64,000 nt of DNA, taken from contig OZ024743.1 in the NCBI GenBank assembly GCA_964016885.1, positions 287,370,001 through 287,434,000 of the forward strand, given 5' to 3'. Under the pieces are notes generated by a model that ran no database searches, was not told the origin of the DNA, and saw only the letters and a list, made by a program, of their open reading frames with translations. The DNA comes from Eledone cirrhosa. Taxonomy: Eukaryota. How positions within the stretch are numbered: position 1 is the stretch's first letter; the number at the start of each line of letters is the position of its first letter. The position numbers were made by a program, and so were the translations under genes. Below, piece by piece: positions 47,743 through 64,000 of the stretch.

Positions 47743-48325
47743 TGTTATGTGGTGTGGAGTAGTGTGCTGTGATGTAGTGAGGTGTGGTGTGTTGTGTTGT
47801 GGTGTGGAGTAGTGTGGTGTGATTTTATGTGGAGTAGTGTGGTGTGTTGTAGTGAGGAGTGGTGTGTTGTGTTGTAGTGAGGAGTGGTGTGTTGTGGTGT
47901 GGAGTAGTGTGGTGTAGTGTTGTATGTTTTTATGTGGTGTGGTGTAGTGTGGTGTTGTGCAGTGCGGTTCTTCATCTTTATCTTTCTCTTCATCTTTGTA
48001 TTCATCTTTGTTTTGTCTTCCATCTAAACAAAAAAAAAAAAAATATAAAACATATGTAGCCAATCTCTCAGACTTTTACAAAGCTCCAGCGAGATAAATT
48101 TAATATAAGTGGTGTGTTCCTGAACAGAGATACTACAAAATAGCTTAAAAGCTATATATATATATAAATAAATATACACGAGTGTGTATGATTGTGTATA
48201 GAAGATTATATTAATAAAAGGAATTCCAACTTTGTCTGATTTACTCGTTTTATTTACAATCCTTTAAAATTATAATGGTATTAGAATGAAATAGTATGGT
48301 AGAATATTAAGTGTTAAGTGTTAAT

Positions 48326-48360
48326 TGAACAATTTCATGCTTTCGCAATCTTCAGGTTCA
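48326..48360 (-). ncRNA. Minimal HHR remnant (loop III deleted)
   Basis: Minus strand: TGAAC-CTGAAGA-t-TGC-gaaa-GCA-t-GAAA-TT-GTTCA. Confidence 0.6.
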
Positions 48361-48697
48361 TATTCTGTGGTGACAGTCAAGTTTACAATTTTCAACTGTA
48401 ATCAGATGGGTAAATTTTGTGCCTTATATACAGTGAAAAGCGGCTACAAAATGCTAAATTTTACAAACTGTATTTCGACCAATCGGTGTGTAGTTTCACT
48501 GGATTACTGAAGCTGATTGGTTTAGGCATCACGGTTGGTTGGGCATGTCTAACGACTTCTATGTGGCATCAAAGCATCAATTGTTTTGCTATTTTTAGAA
48601 ATGATGAAAATAGCATTTTCTAGGGTTTTTATACCCCTAATAATTATTGTTCATTTAGCTTGGGTTGTAATTTTGAAAAATATTCCCAAATGCAAAT

Positions 48698-48984
48698 ATG
48701 AACTGCAAAAGCAGGAATCTAATTTACTGCATTAAATGCCCGAATTGTGAAGAACTATATGTCGGTCAAACTGGAAATGCACTATCGGAACGTGCACGGG
48801 TGCACTGACAGCAAATCAGAGACCCAAATGTCCATCAGATACCCCGAGTAACCATCTAGCAACATGTGGTCAGAAAATATTTATATTTCCATTCTACAAA
48901 TTACACAGGACAAGTGAAATCAAGAGAAAAATTAAAGAAAAGAATTTTATTGATAAATTCCAACCCAAGCTAAATGAACAATAA
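48698..48984 (+). pseudogene. PLE GIY-YIG endonuclease remnant (absent from the ORF track)
   Basis: MNCKSRNLIYCIKCPNCEELYVGQTGNALSERARVH*QQIRDP, a frameshift, then SNHLATCG...IFPFYKL...RKIKEKNFIDKFQPKLNEQ*. Confidence 0.85.
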
Positions 48985-49268
48985 TAATTCTTAGGGGTAC
49001 CCTAGAAAATGCTATTTACATCATTTCTAAAAATAGCAAAACAATTGATGCTTTGGATAGAGCCAAATAGAAGTCATTAGACATGCTCAACCAACCATGA
49101 CGCCTAAACCAATCAGCTTCAGTAATCCAGTGAAACTACACACCAATTGGTCGAAATACAGTTTGCAAAATTTATCATTCTGTAGCCGCTTTTCATTGTA
49201 TATAAGCCACAAAATTTACCCACCTCATTACAGTTGAAAATTGCAAACTTGACTGTCACCACAGAATA

Positions 49269-49307
49269 TGAACATGAAGATTGCAAAAGCATGAAAGTAC
49301 TTGTTCA
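49269..49307 (+). ncRNA. Minimal HHR remnant (C3A)
   Basis: TGAAC-aTGAAGA-t-TGC-aaaa-GCA-t-GAAA-GTAC-TT-GTTCA, with palindromic loop III. Confidence 0.6.
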
Positions 49308-49354
49308 ATTAACATTTAACACTTAATATTCTACCATACTATTCAGATTACATC

Positions 49355-54671
<5,317 letters not shown>

Positions 54672-55280
54672 ATGGTGGCTGCCAACTCGTTTTCGAGTAC
54701 GGCCACTACTTTATATCCATGTAGGAGAACCCCTACCGAAGCGCTGAACGAGTGTGACTTTTTAGTCCAGCCAGCGACTTGAAAACTCTGGTACAAACAC
54801 TACACTTGTGACAATTATTGACACATAGTGCTGGGCCCATGGTACCATGTGAGGACAAGTGCAGAGAGATCTCCAGATATAAAGCAATGCCTGTGCCGTG
54901 AAGCTTTTATAGTGAGCAAAGGCACTGCACAAAGCCAGTCCCACTCTCTTAACCAAGATGATATTTACCAAAAAGAAGAACAAGTCAACATCATTGGATA
55001 CCATCAGGGTTGCAGGTGTTATATCAGAGTTTTCCTTCTCCTAGAATTCTGCCTTGACAAAGGCTAAGGGGTCATCTCTCCCGGTGATTTTGGATGGCCA
55101 TTGACTCTTAAGAGCTCCTTTGCCCTTTGACAGGTTTTGTTTTTAGTCCTGCAGGATGTCCAAAGTCACCCTCCTCACCAAGAAACCTTGGTGGGGTTGC
55201 CAGTTTAGTCGCCAACGACCCGACCATGAGACAGGTTGTACTGGGATACATGTTACCAGTAGCACCAACTGGTGACCTGA
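54672..55280. mobile_element. About 610-bp non-coding interspersed repeat (copy 1) embedded in (TACA)n
   Basis: Highly similar to 63136-63790, with the same termini and several hairpins. Confidence 0.85.
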
Positions 55281-56184
55281 CATACATATATATATATATA
55301 CATACATACATACATATACATACATATATATATACATACATATACATACATATATATATATATACATACATATACATACATATATATATATATATACATA
55401 CATACATACATATACATACATATATATATATACATACATATACATACATATATATATATACATACATATACATACATATATATATATACATACATATACA
55501 TACATATATATATATACATACATATACATACATATATATATATACATACATATACATACATATATATATATACATACATACATATATATATATACATACA
55601 TACATACATACATATATATATATACATACATATACATACATATATATATATACATACATATACATACATATATATATATACATACATACATATATATATA
55701 TACATACATACATATATATATATACATACATACATACATATATATATACATACATACATATATATATATATACATACATATATATATATACATACATATA
55801 TATATATACATACATATATATATATACATACATATATATATATACATACATATATATATATACATACATATATATATATACATACATACACATATATATA
55901 TATACATTCATACACATATATATATATATACATACATACACACATATACATATATACAAATACACATATACATATATACAAATACACATATACATGCATA
56001 TATATACACATATACATATATATACATGCATATATATATACATATACATATATATACATGCATATATATATACATATACAATATGTATAGGATTCCTTTC
56101 CCTTTGCGCATATAATTTACTGGGAATAAAGCGACTATGGCTCCGTTAATTTATCTTCATATATATATATACATATATATACAT

Positions 56185-56219
<35 letters not shown>

Positions 56220-56234
56220 CACACATATATACAT

Positions 56235-56265
<31 letters not shown>

Positions 56266-56440
56266 CACACATATATACATACACACACACATATATATAT
56301 ACACACATATATACATACACACACACACACACATATATATATACACATATATATGCATACACACATATATATACATACACACACACAGATATACATACAT
56401 ATATATAGAGTCATACATACACACACACATATATATATAA
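55281..56440. repeat. (TACA)/(TA)/(CA) microsatellite, interrupted at about 56080-56155
   Basis: Seen directly. Confidence 0.95.
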
Positions 56441-56823
56441 AGTACTTGACGATGAGCATTCTAGTTGTTCAATAAACGGATTGAATAATACAAACGATGT
56501 TTTCATATACAGATTCATTATTTGTGTATATATAATATATACAAAGCATATAAATAAATTTACAGTAGAATAACATAGCAAATATGTTTTAAATATATAC
56601 ATAAATAACATTACCAATGCTTAAATAACATTATAAATTGCTCGCGATTCTTTCAGGATATATTCCTTTAATGTTGCAATATTAAAGAAAATATACGTAT
56701 ATATGTACATACATATATTTATTGAACTAAGGAAAGTTGGTTGATTGAAAATCTGCCGACTCTTTGATAAGAGATGACAAACACTCAACAGTTTATGTTA
56801 TCCGGAGTTTTATTATAATAATT

Positions 56824-56921
56824 GTTTCTACTTTGGCACAAGGCCAGGAATTACCCAGTGTATTGCTGGTACTTTATTTTATCGATCCCATAAGGATGAA
56901 AGGCAAAGTTAACCTTGGCGG
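56824..56921 (-). mobile_element. Internally deleted SINE fragment
   Basis: ctggtactttattttatcgatcccataaggatgaaaggcaaagt resembles the Nin/Deu-domain SINEs of molluscs (recognition from memory, not a search). Confidence 0.5.
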
Positions 56922-58393
56922 GTTATAATAATAAACATTTGCCCATCCTTATATATTTTATTATGCTTAACCTGTTCTTACAGGATCACTGTGCTACCAA
57001 CAACATCATAACACCTGAGCAAGCTGGTGGAAAGAGGGAGGTGTGGGGTTGCATAGATCACGTACTAACTAATAAAATGATTCAGGAAAAAAACAACAAA
57101 GAATCGCAGAAACATGACTGTGGTGTGGCTGGACCATCAAAAAGCATTTGATAGTGTACCTCATGGGTGGATTATTAAGGCTTTACAGTTAGCCAAAGTC
57201 CCACAACTATTGGTAGCTGCTGTTGAATGCCTGACCAAGAACTGGTACACCAATTTGATCCTTAGAGGTGAGAAGGAGTAAGTTAAGACTGATAAGATAC
57301 ATTACCAGAAGGGCATCTTTCAGGGTGATAGCTTGTCAGTGCTACTCTTCGTTCTCTCACTGAATCACTATCTTACCTACCCAGGAAACAAGGTGGACAA
57401 AGAAGTGGGTCCAGAAGTATTTCCCATCTTTTCTTTGTTGATGACCTGAAGTTGTATGGGCCAAATATCAATGACATCAAGAAACAATTGGACCTCATTA
57501 CACAATTTTCAACAGACATCAAAATGAAATTTGGTGAGTCCAAGTGTGCATATTTGGCAGTAAAACGTGGAAGAGCTGTGCCCTCCTCTAGAAATCTAGA
57601 GATGAACGGCCTGACAATACAAACTCTACAGTCAGGTGACAACTACAGATATCTTGGACAGGATGAGAATGTCAGATATGATGGACCCATAAATAAGGAG
57701 AGAACCAGAACTGAATACCTCAGAAGAGTAAAGAAAATATGGTCATCAGAACTGTCAGCGTACACAAATACATTGCCCACAACACTTATGCTGTGTCAAT
57801 TCTAACGCCAACATTTGGCCTGCTGAACTGGTCATTACAAGAACTAAGTGAGATGGATGTTAGAACTCGCAAACTTCTCAGTGTTACTGGGAACTTTAAC
57901 ATCACTGGTGATGTGGATAGGCTATACTTCTCACGCAAGGAAGGTGGCCGGGGTCTAAAATCAATATTAACAACATTTTGTATCCAGTCCAAACATCCAA
58001 TCTTGCCAAATCCTAAATGTAGTTGACGTATTCCTAAAACAAATCTGTATTTTTTGTTATTACTTGTTAAATACGAGAGTTTTTGTCGTATTGAACAGAA
58101 CAAATATTGTATTTTTGTTAATCGCTTGTTAAATACGAGGACCTCATTCAAACCTTACCTTATAGCTAGCTACCCAACACCAATCCCGCCCGCCCCCACG
58201 CACCACCATTGTTATTACGTGGAGCAATCATAAGCCAGAGACCCCACGCATCACCATTATTATTACGCGGACCAATCATAAGCCAGAGGCCTATACTATC
58301 GCTTGCCCGGTTGCCTTTCGATATATGATGGATGGATGGACTACGGAATCCTGGAGAGTGGAAGAGAGAGAAAAATCTGGACGCTCAGCGACA

Positions 58394-61300
58394 ATGCCAA
58401 AGATAAAGACAAATTCACCTCGTGGACGAGAATGCGAGCACTCCTCTTTGTTTCGACCGCGGACGGCTAACATAACCCCATCTCCCCCCGCCCCCCACCC
58501 TTCAAACGCAATCCAAAACTTCAGAGTTGGTACCATAAATGTAGGCACCCTAAAGGGTCGCGCTAACGAGGTTGCAGAAATGCTTGAACGTAAGGAGGTC
58601 GATGTTTGTTGTATTCAAGAGAGCAGGTGGAGGGGTGGGTCTGCTAGGTTCATTGAGGGTAAAAAACGATGTTATAAGCTTTTCTGGGTGGGAAACGACG
58701 ATGGGCTGGGTGGAGTAGGAATCATGGTAGCAGAAAAGTGGGCAGATAAGACAATAGACGTAAATAGAGTGAACGACAGAATAATTAAAATAAGACTTGT
58801 CCTCAATAGAACTACGGTGACAATAATATCTGCGTACGCACCCCAATCCGGACTGCCCGGCACTATAAAAGACAGATTCTATGAGACACTGATGCTCACT
58901 ACCTCCCAAATAACCGACAGTGACTATATAATTATTGCAGGCGACCTAAATGGTCACGTTGGACAACATTGTGACGGCTACGACGAAATCCATGGAGGCT
59001 ATGGGTTTGGTACTAGAAATGAGGAAGGCTCCAGAATCCTGGAATTCTGTGACGCAAATAACCTAACTATCTGTAACAAATTCCATCTGTGATAACATTT
59101 TACACGTTTTTATTGTATGTAAACTTCCCCCTTTGTATTTGTCCCCTTCTTTTGTGCCCCTGTGGCTAATAAAGAAATATATCTGTAACACTAACTTCAA
59201 AATACGTGACAATCACCTGATCACCTATAGATCCGGGGAACACACAAGCCAGGTAGATTATATCCTTACCAGAAGACGTGACAGAGTGTCTGTTGTAAAC
59301 ACTAAATCCCTCCCCCATGAAGAATGCACCTCCCAACATAGACTGATAATTAGCGACCCCATAGTCAGGACGAGACGTACTCGACAGCATAAGAGGACTA
59401 TCCTCAGGAGAAAAATATGGAAGCTAAAGGACCCCACAGCCAGAAATAAATTTCAAAGCATATTACTTGATGCTTTCGACAATAAGGAAGAGCATTTAGA
59501 GTCGGACAATATAGAGGGACAGTGGGAATTTCTGAAAGCAAACCTGCTGATGGCGACAGACGAAGTCTGTGGCTGGAGCAGGCCAGTAGGCAGGAGGAGA
59601 GTAACTTGGTGGTGGAACAGTAAGGTTGAGGGGTCAATTAAGGCCAAAAAGCAGGCTTGGAAAGTATGGCGGGATGGGGGAAGTAGAGAAGACTATCAAG
59701 TGGCCAGGAGAGAAGCTAGGAGACAAGTGTACTTCGCAAGAAGGGAAGCAGAGGAAAGAAAGTTCAAGCATGTTCTACAACGCGAGGACCAAAAACGTGA
59801 GGTGTTCAGGATTGCTAGGCAATGTGTCAAGGAAAACCGTGATATTGTCGGGGAGAAGTGTGTACTTAATGATGACGGCGTACTTGCCATCACCGACGCT
59901 GATAAGAAGGTAGCTTGGAAGTGTCACTATGAAAGGCTACTAAATGAGGAGAATAAATGGGAGAAAGACAGTCTCCCCCACATCGACCCAATAGAGGGAC
60001 CAGCAGTGTTAGTCGAGGGTAGTATAATAAGTAAGGCAATCAAGGATATGAAGATGGGTAAGGCGGCTGGGCCTTCGAAAATAGTTGCTGAGATGCTGAA
60101 GGCATCTGGCACGGTGGGACACACCATGGTCACCCGGATAGTTAACCAAGTCGTACAAAATGGGGTTGTTCCGAAGGACTGGCATAGCAGCATCATCGTT
60201 AACTGTTATAAGGGTAAAGGAGATGCCCTAGATAGGAGTAACTATAGAGGCATTAAATTAATCGACCAGGTCATGAAGGTCACGGAAAAAGTAATAGCGC
60301 AACTAATCAGAGAGAGAATTGACCTAGATGAAATGCAGTTCGGGTTTGTGTCAGGCAAAAGTACCACAGACGCTCTTTTCATTGTACGACAACTACAGGA
60401 GAAGTACCTAGCTAAAGGTAAACCCCTCTACTTAGCTTTTGTCGACTTGGAGAAAGCCTTCGACAGAGTCTCCCGTTCCATTATCTGGTGGGCCCTTAGA
60501 AAACTAGGTGTCGACGAATGGCTTGTGAGAGCTATACAAGCCATGTATAAAGAAACAGTCAGCAAGGTTAGAATTAACAACGAATATAGTGAAGATTTTA
60601 GCGTAAAAGTTGGCGTCCATCAGGGCTCTGTTCTCAGCCCCCTACTATTTATTATTGCCCTTCAGGCTATAACAGAGGAGTTCAAGACCGGCTGCCCATG
60701 GGAACTCCTATACGCAGACGACCTGACACTCATAGCTGAATCAATAGCCGAGCTAGAGAAGAAATTCCAAACATGGAAGCACGGCCTAGAATCAAAAGGC
60801 CTTAAAATTAACCTGGCTAAGACTAAAGTTCTAGTTTGTAGGAAAGAAAATAAGGCGCCGGTCCCTTCCGGGAAATGGCCATGCTCAGTGTGTAGGAAAG
60901 GCGTAGGTAGAAACTCCATTTTATGTCCCAAATGCAAAGTATGGGTGCATAAAAGATGTAGTGGGATCACAGGTAAGCTAACTAAGAACATAGATTTTAC
61001 ATGTGGCCGGTGCTCTGGTGCAATAAGTAGCAGCAAGTTGCCACAAAATACTAGCTCTTACAACTGCGCAGAGGGCTCTATACAAATAGAGGACAGCTTC
61101 CGTTACCTGGGTGACAAAATCAGCAGTGGGGGAGGGTGCTCTGAAAGTACAGTAGCTAGAGTCAGAACTGGATGGAAAAAGTTCAGAGAGCTTATACCAC
61201 TATTAGCCGCTAAAGGGTTCTCCCTAAAAATGAAAGGCAGATTGTATGATGCCTGCATACGAACAGCAATGTTGCATGGCAGTGAGACCTGGGCATTGTG

Positions 61301-61556
61301 TGCAGAGGATATACGCAGACTAGAGAGGAACGAAGCTTGCATGCTCCGCTGGATGTGTAATAGTAATATACGTGAACGGCAAAGCATAAACGAACTAAGG
61401 AAAAAATTAGAAATAAGAGGGATCAGATGTTTACTCGAGAGAAGGCTATGTTGGTATGGACACGTGATGCGCATGAAAGTCGATAGCTGTATAACAAAGT
61501 GCAGGGCAATAAAGATAGACGGTAGCCACGGAATAGGCAGACCTAGAAAAACCTGA
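58394..61556 (+). pseudogene. RTE ORF (APE-RT-PHD-like), interrupted by a 101-bp insertion and ending at a premature TGA
   Basis: ORFs 58325-59092 and 59133-61556 are near-identical to 5133-8276. The ATG at 58394 aligns with the ATG at 8276. Confidence 0.9.
59079..59179 (+). mobile_element. 101-bp 5'-truncated retro-insertion with an 11-bp TSD
   Basis: TATCTGTAACA duplicated at 59068-59078 and 59180-59190; the insert ends AATAAAGAAATA. Confidence 0.85.
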
Positions 61557-63135
61557 GACGAGCTGATAAACTCCGACCTCACACACTTACACCTCTCCAA
61601 GACAATGTCACTAGACCGAGACCTTTGGCGGTACTCAGTAATAGAGAAGACCCGCCTTACCTAAATACATAGTAAAACCTACTACAGCCAGTAGGCATCT
61701 CTAACAAAATACCCCCCCCCCCCTTCTATGTAAAGTTATGTTGGTGCCACACCATCCAGGCCGAAACAAATGAGATCGTGTAGGTGTCACGACAAAAAAA
61801 CACAGTCCACGCTGTAATGTGGCCGTGTAGGCAACACGGTAAAAACCTCCCAGACCCACACTGTAAATGTGGTTGGTGTTAGGAAGGGCATCCAACTGTA
61901 GAAAACCTGCCAGACAGTCCTATGCGAGCAAGACAATCACTCTTGCCTCAAGTGGGACTACCCCCGTCCAAACCCATGCAAGCGTGGAACACGGACGTTA
62001 AACGTTGATGATGATGATGATGATGAGACCCGGATAGTAACACTGAAGCAACACCTTCAACAGAGGAAAAAGGTTGGCAACCATCTTGCCCAGGTTTATG
62101 AGCATGAAAAAAAATATCATGAGAATAGCGACTGATCTGGAGGAGAGATATGGTATAAAGCCTGATATAAATCTCTCACCCTGAGAAATCGGAAGATCCT
62201 ATTTAATGTTCAAACAAGATGAAAAAATTGACCAATTTACAGAAAAAGTTGTGCATGGATACTTGAGACGTAAAACACAGACCATAGAGGGGATAAACTA
62301 CTCAAAAAGCCTGGCATGGAGTTCCGACAAGTTTATGACATCACACCTTGAGGGATATCTCTATGCAATACAGGAACAAGAACTCCCTACCAAATATCTG
62401 CTGCACAAAAGAGGAGGGCCAGCAGCTGACAATAAATGTAGGCTATGTAAAACAAAGATCGAGGATGTACATTGTTGCCAACTGCGAAAGAATGTCATCT
62501 CGCTACTACCTCCCCATGAGACACGATGGGATAGCTAGAACCATCTGGAACGCAATTCGGAAAACAAAATTAACAACGAACGAGGAAGAATATATTGAGA
62601 CAGATGGCACTAAGGAATACTGGTGGAACCTGAAAATAAAAACTGCCACCAAATTAAAGCACAACCGGCCTGATATTGTTGCTTGGGACCACACATTGAA
62701 AACGTGTTCTGTTGTGGAGATCAGCTACCCACTTGATGTAAACGTTGTCAGAAAAATACAGGAGAAGGACATCTACGGACCATTGATGAGGAGTTTACAA
62801 ATCCAGTATCCAAGATACACCTTTAGCTTCATACCCATCATTATTGGAGCTACGGGTTATATACCAACCCTCTTAGACCAAAGTATGACTGAACTTGGAT
62901 TTGCGGACAAAAAGCACAGCTCCCTAATTCATAGTCTACAAATAGCTGCGATAGCTGGCACCTTCAAAATTTGCAAAACATTCTTGCGATTCAAGGGATG
63001 ACAATTTCTTTTCTTTTACAACCTTGCCACCAGGAAGGTGGCCGATCAAAAAAAATATACTCGAAATTAAGAGAAAGAGATATACATACATATATACATA
63101 TAAATACATACACACATACATATATACATACATAC

Positions 63136-63790
63136 ATGGTGGCTGCCAACTCATTTTCGAGTACGGCCACTACTTTATATCCATGTAGGAGAACCCCTAC
63201 CGATGCGCTAAACAAGTGTGACTTTTTAGTCGAGCCAGCGACTTGAAAACTCTGGTACAAACACTACACCTGTGACAATTATTGACACATACTGTTGGGC
63301 CCATGGCACCATGTGACAACAAGTGCAGAGAGATCTCCAGATATAAAGCAATGCCTGTGCCGTGAAGCTTTTATAGTGAGCAAAGGCACTGCACAAAGCC
63401 AGTCCCACTCTCTTAACCAAGATGATATTTACCAAAAAGAAGAACAAGTCAACATCATTGGATACCATCAGGGTTGCAGGTGATATATCAGAGTTTTCCT
63501 TCTCCTAGAATTCTGCCTTGACAAAGGCTAAGGGGTCATCTCTCCGGTGATTTTGGATGGCCATTGACTCTTAAGAGCTTTGACAGGTTTTGTTTTTTGT
63601 CCTGCAGGATGTCCAAAGTCACCCTCCTCACCAAGAAGGCTTGGTGGGGTTGCCAGTTTAGTCGCCAACGACCCGACCATGAGACAGGTTGTACTGGGAT
63701 ACATGTTACCAGTTTAGTCGCCAACGACCCGACCATGACACAGGTTGTAGTGGGATACATGTTACCAGTAGCACCAACTGGTGACCCGAC
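63136..63790. mobile_element. About 610-bp non-coding repeat (copy 2) with a 56-bp internal tandem duplication
   Basis: Matches 54672-55280; the ccagttt block is repeated at 63653 and 63709; (TACA)n on both sides. Confidence 0.85.
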
Positions 63791-64000
63791 ATAGATACAT
63801 ACACACACACACATACATATATACATACATACACACACACATACATACATACATACACATATATAAACATACATACATACATAGATATATACATACATAC
63901 AATGGCGACCGTTGTGGTCAGTGTCCGATAATCGGACGTGTGTAATTACGGCTTACATGAAGGCAACATACCATATATTGGAAAAAGTTGAGCTACATCA

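Larger units (their letters stand above)
48290..49343 (+). mobile_element. 5'-truncated PLE: inverted pLTR - GIY-YIG remnant - pLTR
   Basis: Arms 48290-48626 and 48999-49343 are inverted repeats; the spacer encodes a GIY-YIG remnant; each arm has an HHR remnant. Confidence 0.85.
57979..62024 (+). mobile_element. Full-length RTE LINE (subfamily A) nested in the R4-like element
   Basis: The host frame rejoins as aca ttt|gag acc (TF|ET). 5' UTR, APE-RT ORF, 3' UTR and (TGA)n tail are present. Confidence 0.93.
56975..63080 (+). mobile_element. 5'-truncated R4/Dong-like RLE LINE, split by an RTE insertion (halves 56975-57978 and 62025-63080)
   Basis: EQAGG, WLDHQKAFDSVPH, GIFQGDSLS, FVDDLKLY, FGESKCA, YRYLG, RKEGGRGL | ETRIVTL, AIQEQELPTK, CRLC, RHDGIA, NRPDIV, VVEIS. 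Many stops and frameshifts. Confidence 0.88.

Noticed and set aside
58410-58480. HDV-like ribozyme at the RTE 5' end (TTCACCTCG...GGCTAA)
   Set aside because: I could not build P1/P2 pairings, and the paralogous copy at about 8190-8260 does not conserve the intervening sequence. The region is the ORF N-terminus.
63030-63175. Shared 3' motif (GTGGCCG...TACTCGAAA) between the R4-like element and the 610-bp repeat
   Set aside because: The match is short and gapped, and the adjoining microsatellites are in opposite orientation; likely chance.

Overview
A eukaryotic, repeat-saturated window with no confidently identifiable host gene. The SINE, RTE and (TACA)n repertoire is most consistent with a cephalopod such as Octopus (inference). 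It holds about 10 RTE-clade LINE copies, two near full length (4611-8705 minus, 57979-62024 plus); their RT carries an inserted C4HC3 PHD-like finger. Other mobile DNA includes an R4/Dong-like RLE LINE split by an RTE, a CRE-type RLE fragment, a Merlin (IS1595-type) DNA transposon, a non-autonomous Helitron and tRNA/CORE-type SINEs. Tandem DNA includes a 7 kb higher-order satellite and more than 6 kb of TA/TACA microsatellite. The most notable non-ORF signal is Penelope-like element (PLE) biology. There are three PLE coding loci, one a Naiad-type element in a nested palindromic arrangement. There are also several sequence-distinct type I hammerhead ribozyme (HHR) motifs, including a 420-nt non-coding HHR tandem repeat (candidate retrozyme) joined directly to a truncated PLE. 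All folds and alignments were done by eye and no database search was run.
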